The notes under the pieces were generated by a model. It was not told the origin of the DNA. It made no database searches and saw only the letters and a list, made by a program, of their open reading frames with translations. This document shows positions 29,450-40,113 of a DNA stretch of 64,000 bases, one piece after another. Source of the stretch: a virus (Duplodnaviria; Caudoviricetes); the IMG/VR virus record IMGVR_UViG_3300044608_000251, positions 1,395 through 65,394 of that record. One strand, written 5' to 3'. The position numbers and the translations under genes were made by a program. The stretch's first letter is position 1; every line of letters starts with the position of its first letter.

Positions 29450-29962
29450 TTACCCTAACATTCTTAATGATTCTACTTTTACTTCATTTACTCGGCGTTC
29501 CCAACCTTTACCAAAAGTAGGCCAAGTATTAAGAGACTTTAGGAATTGTAAACGAGCATTACAGAAGTCTTCTATAAGATTAGTTGGATCCGCCTGATTT
29601 ACGGCAGCCATAGTAGCTGGGCCAATACCACCGTCAACAGTAACCCCAACACAACCCTGCAACAGTTTAACGGCACGCCCGACCCCGGAATTAACAGCGC
29701 AGTCAAAAACAGCGTAGTCAAGACCAGATACAAACTCATCAGCTCTGCAAGCATCCCAGTATTTCCTTTTATATAAAGGTGCTACATCATCAGGAGTTAA
29801 GGCTCTCATCTGCTTCTCATCTACAGGATGACCCACCCAGCTTTCCCATACTTTAGCAGTAACTCCCAAGTTAGTCATGCCACCCGGATCAGACGGGTGG
29901 TTTACAAACCCACCCTCGTGGACAAGCAGTTTTTTTAAACAAGCGTCAAAATTACTTAGCAT
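29450..29962 (-). CDS. GH108 endolysin with peptidoglycan-binding domain
   Basis: HEGGFVNHPSDPGGMTNLG, FDCAVNSG, FGKGWERRV. Confidence 0.9.
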   Translation of the reverse strand: MLSNFDACLKKLLVHEGGFVNHPSDPGGMTNLGVTAKVWESWVGHPVDEKQMRALTPDDVAPLYKRKYWDACRADEFVSGLDYAVFDCAVNSGVGRAVKLLQGCVGVTVDGGIGPATMAAVNQADPTNLIEDFCNARLQFLKSLNTWPTFGKGWERRVNEVKVESLRMLG

Positions 29963-30371
29963 TAAAAATGCCTATTTGTTCATTGAGCCATGCCTGTAAA
30001 GAAACCAGTTGCTGCGTAGTTATCGCACATTTTTCAATAAATTGAGGGTCGGTGGGGGTTCCATCAGTAGGGCTGGTGGTGTTGGAAATTGTGCCTGTTT
30101 GACTGCTACTGGAGAGGCGCACCCCACCATAAGTAGACTTAATAAGAGCAAGCTTGTTTTGATAGTCATTTTTTACCTTTTCATTTACTTGGAAAGCTTC
30201 TTTAGCTTTGTAGAGATTAATCATTTCCTGTTCTTTAGCTTGTGCTTCAGCTTTAGATACATAGGCATCATATTTTACAGATTGATACTTTCCGTAGCCT
30301 ATGCCACCAACAGCCGCCAAAGATAGGGCTGCATAAATATAAAACTGAATTGGTATTGTTAGTCCGAACAT
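29952..30371 (-). CDS. putative spanin (Rz-like)
   Basis: N-terminal TM helix, coiled coil, adjacent to the endolysin. Confidence 0.55.
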   Translation of the reverse strand: MFGLTIPIQFYIYAALSLAAVGGIGYGKYQSVKYDAYVSKAEAQAKEQEMINLYKAKEAFQVNEKVKNDYQNKLALIKSTYGGVRLSSSSQTGTISNTTSPTDGTPTDPQFIEKCAITTQQLVSLQAWLNEQIGIFNAK

Positions 30372-30574
30372 TATTTTTTATCCAATGGCATCGTTGTTAC
30401 AAAACGCAAAATAGCAACCACAATCCCAATACTGATAAGTACAACACCATATAGTCTTGGATCAATAAGTTTTTCAACATAGCTAAAGTTATCATAAACA
30501 ACTCCTAAAATAACCAACGCAAGAGAGAACCACATGGTCTTTGAGTGCATAGCACCCACTGTCTTGCGCCTCAT
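30371..30574 (-). CDS. putative holin
   Basis: Two hydrophobic helices, KTMWF...LRFVTT, in the lysis cassette. Confidence 0.6.
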   Translation of the reverse strand: MRRKTVGAMHSKTMWFSLALVILGVVYDNFSYVEKLIDPRLYGVVLISIGIVVAILRFVTTMPLDKK

Positions 30575-30575
30575 A

Positions 30576-30788
30576 CTACCAAGTGATACCAATAACAGGC
30601 ACCGAAGTAACTGCAACCGCTACATGTTGTTCAGGGCTAGATAAGTCTGCGCCGCAGTCATTGCATACCTTGTTAAAAAGTTCAGCTTCGTCTACATCCC
30701 GACTGCAATTAGGGCAATAGATTTCAACCTTAGTTGCTACTTCCGTAACGTCCGAAGAAAGTTCTTTAGCTTGTTGTTCAATAATCAT
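30576..30788 (-). CDS. small zinc-ribbon protein
   Basis: CPNC...CNDC. Confidence 0.55.
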   Translation of the reverse strand: MIIEQQAKELSSDVTEVATKVEIYCPNCSRDVDEAELFNKVCNDCGADLSSPEQHVAVAVTSVPVIGITW

Positions 30789-32188
30789 GCTGTGTAGGTC
30801 CCAGAAACGGTGTATTTGAGAATAGTATTTGCTCCAGAAATAGTAATTGTTGGAGCGCCTGTAGTAGTTCCGCTATAGCTTGCAGTAGGTACGGAAACAA
30901 CAATAACTCCTGAACCACCAGAAAAGTTACCGCCACCCGCACCGCCACCAGTATTTACACTACCATTATTACCTGCAGTACCACCACCGCCAATACCTCC
31001 AGCCGCCGCACTACTACCACCGCCACCGCCGCCACCGCCTGAGTAGTAAACATTTGAACCAGTAAGCGTGTTTAAAAAGCCAGCACCACCAGCACCTGCT
31101 ACTGAGTCGCTAACTGAAGTTGCTCCAACTGCAGCGCCACCGCCACCGCCACCACTGCAAAATGTTTGACCACCACCACCAGCAAACCCTTGTCCTGATA
31201 TGCCAGCACCGCCAGCACCTGCTAATGTAGGGTCAGCACCACCAGAACCGCCACCGCCGCCAGAACCACCAGCAGAACCGTTTGCTCCATAAGCTGAAGT
31301 ACCAGTTTGACCACCAGCGCCGCCGCCAGTTGCTATATCAACGCCTGTAATAGAAGAATTAGTACCTGCGCCGCCAATACCGGTTCCACCACCGCCAATC
31401 ACCATAGTGTAAGTAGCGCCGGGTGTTACTGAAAGGGAGCTAGCTTTAAATCCACCACCGCCACCACCACCACCAGCAGCATTAACAAAACCACCAGCAC
31501 CGCCACCAGCTACAATTAAATAGTTAATGGTATACACGCCCTGTGGGAACGTTTGGAATCTAACCCATGTACCATTTGAATAGCCTTCATAAATTGCTAA
31601 TTCGCTGTTGTAACGCAATATTCCATTTTGCCCTGTAGCGGAACGAGATGCTGTATTTCCAGTTGGTAAAAAGATTTGCCCAGTACTTGAGTTAGCAAAA
31701 AGGTTTGCGCCAAAAGTAGCCTGATTCAAAACAACTAAGTTTTTACCTACAGAAGCATTACCTGTAACAGTTAAGTCGCCATCAATATAGTTAAACTGTG
31801 TAGCACTAAAAATGTTTGTTCCGTCGCAGAAAATGACTTCACTTGCAGCATTAGCTATGGCAACACCGTTTCCACCAGAGGTTTTAAGAGTTACAGTAGC
31901 ATTAGAAAAATTACGAACAATATAGACTTTTTCTACTGCTGGAACAATAACGTTACATGGGGCGGCTAATAACCCACCAAAAACTAATACAGCGTTACGA
32001 GCCTCATCTGGCAAACCATTAAAGTCAGTTAAAGTGTAGTTACCAACTAAAGTAATGGATTGAACCCCAGCAATGGCTTGTTCAAGTAACGTACCAAGGT
32101 TAGTATTAGTGGTCGTACCCCAAGTTCCGGCTTGTTCGCCGTTACCAATAAGTTCTAATCCGAGTGAGGTTGAATAGGTTGATGGCAT
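30785..32188 (-). CDS. tail fibre with glycine-rich C-terminal domain
   Basis: STYS..LGLELI..GEQAGTWG attachment motif; poly-Gly repeats. Confidence 0.75.
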   Translation of the reverse strand: MPSTYSTSLGLELIGNGEQAGTWGTTTNTNLGTLLEQAIAGVQSITLVGNYTLTDFNGLPDEARNAVLVFGGLLAAPCNVIVPAVEKVYIVRNFSNATVTLKTSGGNGVAIANAASEVIFCDGTNIFSATQFNYIDGDLTVTGNASVGKNLVVLNQATFGANLFANSSTGQIFLPTGNTASRSATGQNGILRYNSELAIYEGYSNGTWVRFQTFPQGVYTINYLIVAGGGAGGFVNAAGGGGGGGGFKASSLSVTPGATYTMVIGGGGTGIGGAGTNSSITGVDIATGGGAGGQTGTSAYGANGSAGGSGGGGGSGGADPTLAGAGGAGISGQGFAGGGGQTFCSGGGGGGAAVGATSVSDSVAGAGGAGFLNTLTGSNVYYSGGGGGGGGSSAAAGGIGGGGTAGNNGSVNTGGGAGGGNFSGGSGVIVVSVPTASYSGTTTGAPTITISGANTILKYTVSGTYTA

Positions 32189-32198
32189 TTGTTTTCCT

Positions 32199-32900
32199 TT
32201 ATGCTGCTATAAGTTCCCAGTCTGTTACTGCATTATCTGGTATTTGACTCCAACCAGACGTTGAATTGTCGTTTATATTTGTCCAGCCGGGGTCCGGCAC
32301 ATCCGGAATCTGTCCCCAAACAAGTACTTGACCGATTATACCTTGTGCTTGAACGCCTGTTAAGTAGATATTTGCGTCGGCTTTAGGGTCTACTGTACCT
32401 ATTTGTCCTACTGCTTGAACACCTGTTACAGTAACATTTGCAGTAGCCGTAACAACAACTGTACCGGTTTGACCTACCGCCGCTATTCCAATTAAGTAAA
32501 CATTTGCGCCCCCAGTTGCGCTTGCAGTGCCTAGCTGGGTATTGCCTTGAACGCCCGTTATAAAGACATCCGCATTGGCTGCTACTGTTACGGTACCAAC
32601 CTGACCAATACCCTGAACACCTGTTACAAAAACATTTGCTGTACCAATAACACTAGCAGTACCCGTCTGACCAACAGCTTGAACACCCGTTACAACAGCA
32701 TTTGCGCCCGCAGTGGTGTCTACTGTGCCTAATTGTCCAACAGCTTGAACACCCGTTACATTAACTAACGCATCGCCAGTTACATTTGCAGTACCTAAAT
32801 AGCCAACTGCCTGAACCCCAGTAACGGATACGGTTACTGAAACATCGCCTGCGCCAGTATCAGCAAAGGGGGCCGAAGCGAACGGGCTAAATCCAAACAT
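32199..32900 (-). CDS. virion protein with VTGVQA repeats
   Basis: MFGFSPFASAPFAD start; about 24-aa VTGVQAVGQxGT repeats. Confidence 0.7.
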   Translation of the reverse strand: MFGFSPFASAPFADTGAGDVSVTVSVTGVQAVGYLGTANVTGDALVNVTGVQAVGQLGTVDTTAGANAVVTGVQAVGQTGTASVIGTANVFVTGVQGIGQVGTVTVAANADVFITGVQGNTQLGTASATGGANVYLIGIAAVGQTGTVVVTATANVTVTGVQAVGQIGTVDPKADANIYLTGVQAQGIIGQVLVWGQIPDVPDPGWTNINDNSTSGWSQIPDNAVTDWELIAA

Positions 32901-32903
32901 AGG

Positions 32904-33311
32904 TTAGCTAGACCATTGTTCTGTTGGTTGTGTGGGCCATACTGGGTTAACTACAGGATTGACTGCATAGTTGCGAATTGTGCTTCTATAAGCAATAAAC
33001 TCAGCTTGGTTTATTAGATATGGGTTTGATTTAGTTGGGTCACCTACGTCGGGAATAGAAGTCCAATCGGTTGTCGCAAGAATAGTTGTGGCTTGTTGTT
33101 TACATTGGGCAATTAATTCTTCAGGCGTTGGTGCAGGTTGTGGTGGTGCAATAAATTGACCATCAACATAAGTCCAACCCGGACTTGCTATATCTGATTG
33201 AACCGCAATGATTGGTGATTCAAAACCGGGTGGCGGGTTTGATGGTTGCTCATCATATTCAACAATATTAATAACATTAATGCCGTCAATGATTGCGTAG
33301 TTTTGTAACAT
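32904..33311 (-). CDS. tail-fibre assembly chaperone-like protein
   Basis: LATTDWT...YR..IR....P.WPTQP motif. Confidence 0.65.
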   Translation of the reverse strand: MLQNYAIIDGINVINIVEYDEQPSNPPPGFESPIIAVQSDIASPGWTYVDGQFIAPPQPAPTPEELIAQCKQQATTILATTDWTSIPDVGDPTKSNPYLINQAEFIAYRSTIRNYAVNPVVNPVWPTQPTEQWSS

Positions 33312-33320
33312 ATTTATATC

Positions 33321-34136
33321 CTAAAAATAAGCGGTAACAATAATAATTCCAGCAGCGCCAGCGCCACCAGTTGTGGTAGCTGTGCCTCCAGCACCACCAG
33401 CACCAACGGCGTAAGAATAAGTTGCGCTTGGTGAAGAAATAATTGCGTTTATATATCCACCCGCACCACCGCCCGAACCAGAATATCCACTACTAGTACC
33501 GCCAGCACCGCCGCCACCACCACCAGTATTTGCTGCTGCAGCCTGACCTGTACCATTTGCAGTACCTGTACCGCCACCGCCCCCAAATGGATTGTTTCCT
33601 GCAGTTCCACCCATAGAATAAAGACCAGTAATAAGATACATTCCAGCGCCACCTGTTGCCCCAGTTACTCCATAACCTATTGCTGGAGAAGCAACCGTGC
33701 CTGTACCACCTGCACCAGCACCATAATAGGCAGAACCTGTACCACCACCACCAGCAGTACAAGTTAAAAGGGAAGTTCCAAATGTAGTGCTTCCGCCAGC
33801 ACTTCCATTCCCAGACGGACTAGTTGTGCTACCTCCACCGCCACCACCACCACCACCAGACATTTGCACCATTAAATACTTAGCGCCCGTTGGGGTTGTG
33901 TATGTACCAGAACCAGATGTGTATACGGTTACGTTTGGATTTGCATGAGATGTAATAGTAGTGCTATCAGAGAATGTAATGCCGCCTGAACCAAGCACCA
34001 CAGTATTAGCTGTTGTTGCAGTTAAAAGCGTAACGCCGTTGCTTTGAAGTGCGAGGTTGCCAGTATTATCCGCAGTAGTACGGATTCCTGTTATTCCTGA
34101 GCTTACGCCATTATCGGCATTGATTGTATTAGGCAT
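33321..34136 (-). CDS. glycine-rich tail fibre module
   Basis: TSGSGTYT.P.G...GGGGGGG repeats, ends IIVTAYF. Confidence 0.7.
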   Translation of the reverse strand: MPNTINADNGVSSGITGIRTTADNTGNLALQSNGVTLLTATTANTVVLGSGGITFSDSTTITSHANPNVTVYTSGSGTYTTPTGAKYLMVQMSGGGGGGGGGSTTSPSGNGSAGGSTTFGTSLLTCTAGGGGTGSAYYGAGAGGTGTVASPAIGYGVTGATGGAGMYLITGLYSMGGTAGNNPFGGGGGTGTANGTGQAAAANTGGGGGGAGGTSSGYSGSGGGAGGYINAIISSPSATYSYAVGAGGAGGTATTTGGAGAAGIIIVTAYF

Positions 34137-34138
34137 TA

Positions 34139-34312
34139 TTATTCTCCGTCAGGTGGAAGCGGCGTGTTGCCTTCGGCTAACCATGCAAGGTAGGCTTGCC
34201 AATCTGTGTTGTCTGGGTCGTTAGGGATAAAAGCACCGTCAGGCAATCGTTTAATGTATAGATTTGTCACTTCGCCTGCTTGGTCTAACAGTTGTTGATA
34301 GTTGTATTCCAT
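34139..34312 (-). CDS. small fibre-associated protein (57 aa)
   Basis: Hand translation ...[30 protein letters not shown]. Confidence 0.7.
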   Translation of the reverse strand: MEYNYQQLLDQAGEVTNLYIKRLPDGAFIPNDPDNTDWQAYLAWLAEGNTPLPPDGE

Positions 34313-34313
34313 T

Positions 34314-35432
34314 TTATAATTCCGCAGACATATTTAAAGTGCCAACATAGACTAATTGTTGATAGGCGGTTCTTGAAACGGTTGCACCAGTTAAGTCAAA
34401 CGAAACTGCATCAATACCTAATTTTGGAACTGCAGTTGCAGTAAAGGTTGTTGTTCCGCTACCAATAGCATCTCCAGTAAGACCAGATGTTGTAATGGTT
34501 GGCGCAGTTCTAAAAGGCACATAAGTTGGACAAATAACTCTGCCAGCAGTTGTATTATAAAATTGACCAAATATTCTATAGTTATCTGTTCCGTTGATAG
34601 TTTGATAATAACGCTGACACATAACTAACTGCGTACCATAATCAACATACTCAAATCCAGTAGCAGAACTACCTACTTCTAGTTGTACGCCTGTTACATA
34701 AAATGTTGCACCGTTTGTACCTACTACGGATGTTGCGCCTGTTGAAGAAAAATATTGTCCAGCAGTCCAAGCGCCAGCAGTATTGCTATAAGTTGTGCCA
34801 ACACCAAGTCCAAATCTAACAGTTATTCCAGCACCATTAGTTGTAAGCCATGTTCCTGATGTATCACCAGCAACAGTTACGCTGATTGAAGTCCAAGTAT
34901 TTGCCGTGGAAATTGTGTAGCTAAATGGGTAAGCCCTGTTTTGTGCCGAATTTTGAAATGCACCGCCAAAAGTTCCTGTTAATGAAGAATAAACCTGAAA
35001 AGACAATGTAACTGTTTTAGCATTGGCAGTTCCCCAACCAAGGTCTGCAACATTTAAACCCTCTATTAACTGATTAAACATAAAATAACCACCAGCAGGA
35101 ACAGAATATGCAGATAATGAAGTTATTAACGATGAATTAATAAAACCAGCAGGTGTAATAGATGATTGTTGTACACTAAATTTAGATGCAGCACTTAATG
35201 AAACTTGCCATCTATCTAATGTATAAGTTCCATCTCCTGTAGGAGTAACACTAGCACCAGCATTACGCTGGTCAATACGCATATCACCGTTAATAATACG
35301 GTTCTTAAAGCGTGAAGCATTACCAGCGCCAATTGGGGTTGTGCCAATAGTAAGACCAGACGTAGTTAAAGACGTGCTTGTATCCCCACCCGGAGATGTG
35401 ATTCCCGTTGTTCCGTTTAAGGTTATTGGCAT
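34314..35432 (-). CDS. tail fibre / carbohydrate-binding virion protein
   Basis: [14 protein letters not shown]...DRW...GVQLEVG...CQRYY motifs. Confidence 0.75.
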   Translation of the reverse strand: MPITLNGTTGITSPGGDTSTSLTTSGLTIGTTPIGAGNASRFKNRIINGDMRIDQRNAGASVTPTGDGTYTLDRWQVSLSAASKFSVQQSSITPAGFINSSLITSLSAYSVPAGGYFMFNQLIEGLNVADLGWGTANAKTVTLSFQVYSSLTGTFGGAFQNSAQNRAYPFSYTISTANTWTSISVTVAGDTSGTWLTTNGAGITVRFGLGVGTTYSNTAGAWTAGQYFSSTGATSVVGTNGATFYVTGVQLEVGSSATGFEYVDYGTQLVMCQRYYQTINGTDNYRIFGQFYNTTAGRVICPTYVPFRTAPTITTSGLTGDAIGSGTTTFTATAVPKLGIDAVSFDLTGATVSRTAYQQLVYVGTLNMSAEL

Positions 35433-35441
35433 TTCAAATCC

Positions 35442-35852
35442 TTAAGGTGTAGGTATTAAAACCCAAGACAATGTAGCTTCGTCCCAAGTATAAGATTTAC
35501 CATCATCAGGATATGGTACTGGAGCTTCCCATAGATATGTAGATGTATTTAAAATCCAGCTTGGATAAGGTTGCGGTGCATAAAATACTCCTACAACGCC
35601 GTCAATTATGTAAGAATTATCATATGTATATCCAATACCAGCGTAGTTTGCACGAAGCGGAGTTCCCCCGTCTGGAGTACGTGGCGGTGCAGGAGGAGAC
35701 GGTGCGTAATGCACATTTCCATAAGTGTTGTAGCTAGTCTGAACCCAAAATCCCGGCTGCGTATCCACAAACTCTTGGTCAGCGGCAATAACTTCTGAAA
35801 CTAAGAATTTAGAGGCTTCTGCTGTTTGTTCGCATTTTGCAAAATATGACAT
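35442..35852 (-). CDS. fibre-associated protein
   Basis: WVQTSYN...RANYAGIGYTYD...PQPYPSW. Confidence 0.7.
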   Translation of the reverse strand: MSYFAKCEQTAEASKFLVSEVIAADQEFVDTQPGFWVQTSYNTYGNVHYAPSPPAPPRTPDGGTPLRANYAGIGYTYDNSYIIDGVVGVFYAPQPYPSWILNTSTYLWEAPVPYPDDGKSYTWDEATLSWVLIPTP

Positions 35853-35867
35853 GTTTTATTACTCCTT

Positions 35868-36746
35868 TTAAGCTGTATATGTACCACTATCTGTGTATTT
35901 TAATATAGTATTAGCGCCACTAGTAGTAATCGTAGGGCTGCCAGTAGTTTTTCCTGAATAACTTTTTGTTGGGACTGAGAGGATGATTACACCTTTACCG
36001 CCTGAACCGCCATAGTATATATTGCCATCACCAGAAGATCCACCGCCTCCGCCGCCGCCAAGGTTTACAGTTCCATTACCAGCAGGGGAAGTTTGTCCAC
36101 CAGCACCACCACCACCAGCACCACCACCAGCAGCAATACCACCGGACACTCCATACGCTGAACCACCACCACCGCCAGCGTAAGTAATTGATGTTCCAGT
36201 TATTGAATTTGCTAATCCAGCACCGCCAGCACCCGCATAAATAGTAGAAGAAGTATTTCCACCTACAGCACCTGCTCCACCACCACCGCCGTTAGGGTAT
36301 GGAGAAACACCAGCCGTGGCAGCAGCGTTACCGCCTTGGTTACCTTGACCGGCTGTTCCTGCAGCGTTGCCTGAGTTGAAAGACCCAGCACCACCACCAG
36401 ATCCGCCTGCAATACCAGCTCCGTTATTGCCACCACCGCCACCGCCAACTGCTGTAGTTAAACCAGTAAATGTAGAATTTGAACCATTATTGCCGGGATT
36501 ATTAGCACCGCCGTTTGTACCACCACCCCCAACAGTAGCTGTGTAAACAGTATTTGGAATAAGTGTTGTTGTTCCTGTCAACATACCACCTGCTCCACCA
36601 CCAGCGCCACCAGCATTAAATCCACCAAGCGGGGTTCCACCACCAGCGCCACCGGCTACGAGTAGGTAAGTAACTATATATTTACCTTTACCGGATGTTA
36701 GCCCAAAGGCTTTAACAGAAGGTCCTCTGGCTCCAAGTAATGGCAT
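35868..36746 (-). CDS. glycine-rich tail fibre module
   Basis: YLLVAGGAGGG; C-terminus nearly identical to that of 30785-32188. Confidence 0.7.
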   Translation of the reverse strand: MPLLGARGPSVKAFGLTSGKGKYIVTYLLVAGGAGGGTPLGGFNAGGAGGGAGGMLTGTTTLIPNTVYTATVGGGGTNGGANNPGNNGSNSTFTGLTTAVGGGGGGNNGAGIAGGSGGGAGSFNSGNAAGTAGQGNQGGNAAATAGVSPYPNGGGGGAGAVGGNTSSTIYAGAGGAGLANSITGTSITYAGGGGGSAYGVSGGIAAGGGAGGGGAGGQTSPAGNGTVNLGGGGGGGSSGDGNIYYGGSGGKGVIILSVPTKSYSGKTTGSPTITTSGANTILKYTDSGTYTA

Positions 36747-36747
36747 A

Positions 36748-37275
36748 TTATGCGAACTGTGTCTGAGAAGCTAATACCGTATAAGTTGCATTAGCTGTTT
36801 TTATTGCAGTAAAGGAATAAACATCAATACCCCTAGCGTTTCCAGAAGTTGGCGCAGAGTTACCTTGCCATTTTGGAGTTACTGCAACACCATCAATTTG
36901 GTACCCACTTACGTAATAGGCTGTATTTCCTTGGGTGTTCATAAATACTAAGCTAATAGATTGACCATTAGACATAGCATTGTTTAACGGAATTGTTGCG
37001 CTTCCACGCAGATTGATTGTGGTATTGGCTGTAGCATTGCTTGTATACAATAATATGTTTTGGGTAATAGCATCAAAGTTAACATTGGCTCCTGCCGCTG
37101 TTGCGGATACTGTTACTTTTTCTTCTATTGAACCGTTAAAAGCGCTAACTTGATTTTGATCTAGTGTTAATGCGGTTAAATTAGCGCCACTAGTTGTAAA
37201 GACTAGATTGCCAGTTGTATCGCCCGTATAAATCAGCGATGTAGTAGTCGTGTTTCCAGCTTGTATTACGCTCAT
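36748..37275 (-). CDS. virion structural protein
   Basis: PKWQG..APTSG...IDVYSF...K...TYTV.ASQ motif. Confidence 0.65.
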   Translation of the reverse strand: MSVIQAGNTTTTSLIYTGDTTGNLVFTTSGANLTALTLDQNQVSAFNGSIEEKVTVSATAAGANVNFDAITQNILLYTSNATANTTINLRGSATIPLNNAMSNGQSISLVFMNTQGNTAYYVSGYQIDGVAVTPKWQGNSAPTSGNARGIDVYSFTAIKTANATYTVLASQTQFA

Positions 37276-38684
37276 TAGATAACCACCCAGCGTTGACCGC
37301 TTGCAATAGTAACTGAAACCCCGTTAGCCTGTGTTACTGGACCAACAGAAAAGCCATTCTGTCCAGCCGCTATTGTAGCATTTGAGGTAATGTTTACGTT
37401 ATTAACAATAATTGAAGAGTTTCCCGCACTTAAAGAAGCGGTTGTTTGTACCGTAGCGTCTGGGAACTTAATTCCGCCCGAAGTGATATTGGCGTATCCA
37501 GTACCTTTAGGGGTTAGCTTAATATCAATGTTGGTATCAGTACCAGTAGATGATATTGTTGGGCCTACACCAGCACCGCCCGTAACTTGGATAGCGTTAT
37601 TTGCTGATGCAGTAGAGCTAACAATTAATTGTGGTAAACCAGCATTGTTTCTAAATTGCTGCGTGTCATAATCTGTGTAAGAGGCTGTAAGAGAAGAACC
37701 TTGATGGAAAAAATAACTTCCAGCGTAATTAACATAAAAATTAGCGGATCTTCCGCCTGCATTTAAAACAAGAGCCGATTGAGTAGCCGAGTTTGTATTA
37801 GCGTTATAAATTCTTGCGGTTATAGTTGCGTTAGAAGCTGCTTGTACATCTAAAAGGTTTGCTGGAGCTGCAGTACCAATACCTACACGGTTATTACCAG
37901 CATCAACAAATAATGTGTTTGTATTAACAGCTAAGTTGCCAGCTTGATTAATTGTTAATTTAACATCTGAAGTAGTCCAATCAGCAGCACCTGTGCTTGT
38001 AGCATTGTAAAAAGACAAAACTCCTACACCATTAGGACTATTTCTAACAAGTCCAATTGCTGCTTTTGCATAAGTAGAATCTGAAGAAAATTCAACACCA
38101 GCTATACCAATATTTGCATTATTATTAGTAATTCTTTGTCCAGCAAATCCTGTGCTATTAACTGCTGTTACATTTAGTTTTTGTGGCACTGTGGTAGTGC
38201 CAACCCCTACATTACCACTAGATGTTGCAAGTAATGTTGTGCTTGTTGAATTAATGGTTGTGGCTGTTATGTTTGTAAAAGCGCCTGTATTAGCAGTTGT
38301 AGCGCCAATAGTCATGTTGTTAATAGAACCACCTAAAAACCTGTAGCTACTAATATTGCCCGTTGCGTCTTCATAAACCGCTTGTTCAGAAGGGTAGGTG
38401 ACAAATACGTCTTTAGTACCAGCAGTAAAAGTTACGGCGGCATTAGCAGCGCTTGATGAGAGGATTGTGTCTCTTGATAAAGAACTGTTAGCTAAATAGT
38501 ACGTGCCAATACCTACTTCCCATTCATCAGTTGTTTGACCCGCAATGGTGTAGTAAGTAGTGTTGTTATTACCAATAACTGCAAAAGTCTGATAACCAGT
38601 CGGTGCAGTAGCCGCAAGTACAACAGTGCCCGTACCAGTCGTAGTGGTATTGACCTTTACACGATCTTCAAGAATAAGAGCCAT
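37275..38684 (-). CDS. tail fibre protein
   Basis: MAL...DRVK.TTTTTGTG...EWEVGIGT; GNVGVGT repeats. Confidence 0.7.
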   Translation of the reverse strand: MALILEDRVKVNTTTTGTGTVVLAATAPTGYQTFAVIGNNNTTYYTIAGQTTDEWEVGIGTYYLANSSLSRDTILSSSAANAAVTFTAGTKDVFVTYPSEQAVYEDATGNISSYRFLGGSINNMTIGATTANTGAFTNITATTINSTSTTLLATSSGNVGVGTTTVPQKLNVTAVNSTGFAGQRITNNNANIGIAGVEFSSDSTYAKAAIGLVRNSPNGVGVLSFYNATSTGAADWTTSDVKLTINQAGNLAVNTNTLFVDAGNNRVGIGTAAPANLLDVQAASNATITARIYNANTNSATQSALVLNAGGRSANFYVNYAGSYFFHQGSSLTASYTDYDTQQFRNNAGLPQLIVSSTASANNAIQVTGGAGVGPTISSTGTDTNIDIKLTPKGTGYANITSGGIKFPDATVQTTASLSAGNSSIIVNNVNITSNATIAAGQNGFSVGPVTQANGVSVTIASGQRWVVI

Positions 38685-38694
38685 TTAAAGCTCC

Positions 38695-39129
38695 TTACGC
38701 TATCCGGATTATGGCGTTTGTAGAATCGGCTGTTGGGAAAATAACAGTAAAAGTACCATTGGTAGAAGTTTTATCTGCACCAAAAGCCAACACTGCAACA
38801 GCGGTATTTGCTGTGCTGTTATAAATCAAAGCGCCGTTAGCAGTAATGTTTGCATTTGTCCATGACGTATTTGAAAAAGACATGAATGCTACGTTGCCTG
38901 TACTAGTTGGGCTTGTGCTAATCGTTAGTGTATTACCACCAGCGGTATAGTTTGAACTTGAACTAGTCTGCTCATTTAACGTTGTATAAGCGGTTGTTGC
39001 ATTGCTTAATGTTGCTGAGCTTGTGTATAGCGCTAGCTTGTAAACTGGTGTTGCGCCTGATGTTAAGTTTTGCTGACCGGCAAGGATTTGCACCTTGAAC
39101 GAGTCGCACATTGCTTGGGTAATTGCCAT
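38695..39129 (-). CDS. virion structural protein
   Basis: MAITQAMC.SFK...KLALYTS...GALIYN...AIIRIA. Confidence 0.7.
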   Translation of the reverse strand: MAITQAMCDSFKVQILAGQQNLTSGATPVYKLALYTSSATLSNATTAYTTLNEQTSSSSNYTAGGNTLTISTSPTSTGNVAFMSFSNTSWTNANITANGALIYNSTANTAVAVLAFGADKTSTNGTFTVIFPTADSTNAIIRIA

Positions 39130-39152
39130 TTCTTGCTCCTAAATAAGTGGTG

Positions 39153-39854
39153 TTACGGGTTTACTGGGATCTTAGCTTGCCCGTCTCTATAAGCGTCGCC
39201 TCTTTCAAGTCCTGTTCCTAAACGGTTTAACTGCATCATTGCCTCATTGTACTTAGTATTATATAGAGAAAGCATGTCCGCTTCGCCTTTCATATAGGTA
39301 TAAGCTTCAACCAAAGAACCATATAAAAGGACAGGATCATAGTTATCGCCAAGCCAAGATGTTCCAGCAGTAACAATAGACTCTGGGTAATAAAAATAAT
39401 GTAGTTCAGCGCCATAGGCAGCGTCAGGAGTTGGGCCAAGAATAAAAGTTAGTTCATTAGGGTCGTTCAATCTAGAACCAAACAAAGCATAATATCGGGG
39501 TAAACCCGTAGCGGTTGGATCTGGATACGCCTGACGAATAAAATTAACGTCTTTATTAAGTAAATATTCATAAGTGCCATCTGCCTGAATAACTGCCAAT
39601 GAATAAGTAGACAGATAATCGTTTGGACATGCTAGATACTTACTTGTGCTAGAGCAGTTGCCCGTAACGTTTTTTCGCAATGAAGGAATCTGCACCATAT
39701 TATAAATACGTGCTTCAGCCTGCTCAATAAAAGTATTAATCTGAGTGGTTACATTAACCGTACTCGTATTACCACCAGACAGCTCTACAAACGTATCAGG
39801 AAATATATTCTCTGTATACGTCTGTATTTGCGAAAAAAGTTCGTTATAGTTCAT
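39153..39854 (-). CDS. head-tail adaptor
   Basis: FIEQAE.RI...P.YYA...LLYGSLVEA.YMK. Confidence 0.65.
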   Translation of the reverse strand: MNYNELFSQIQTYTENIFPDTFVELSGGNTSTVNVTTQINTFIEQAEARIYNMVQIPSLRKNVTGNCSSTSKYLACPNDYLSTYSLAVIQADGTYEYLLNKDVNFIRQAYPDPTATGLPRYYALFGSRLNDPNELTFILGPTPDAAYGAELHYFYYPESIVTAGTSWLGDNYDPVLLYGSLVEAYTYMKGEADMLSLYNTKYNEAMMQLNRLGTGLERGDAYRDGQAKIPVNP

Positions 39855-40111
39855 TACGCCATTGGGCCTCTAGACATAGTGCCTTTAGTAGCAGCACCGG
39901 TACCACGAATCTTCATGCCGGAAGTCTTAGTATCTGGCTGGCTTTTAAAAGTGTTACCCACAGACATTCTGATTTCGTTTACGCCGTTACCTGGTTTAGT
40001 AACTGCGTCTTTGGCTGTGGTTATTTCTTTGCCAGACATAGTATGTGGTTCTGCATAAACGCTAGCTGAGCCTACTTCTTTACCCATTACTTTTTTAGAA
40101 AATTTAGCCAT
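39854..40111 (-). CDS. small basic virion protein
   Basis: C-terminal KIRGTGAATKG motif. Confidence 0.65.
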   Translation of the reverse strand: MAKFSKKVMGKEVGSASVYAEPHTMSGKEITTAKDAVTKPGNGVNEIRMSVGNTFKSQPDTKTSGMKIRGTGAATKGTMSRGPMA

Positions 40112-40113
40112 GA

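Noticed and set aside
30785-38684. Diversity-generating retroelement acting on fibre genes
   Set aside because: No reverse transcriptase is present; the similar fibre C-termini both lie in intact genes and look like ordinary paralogy
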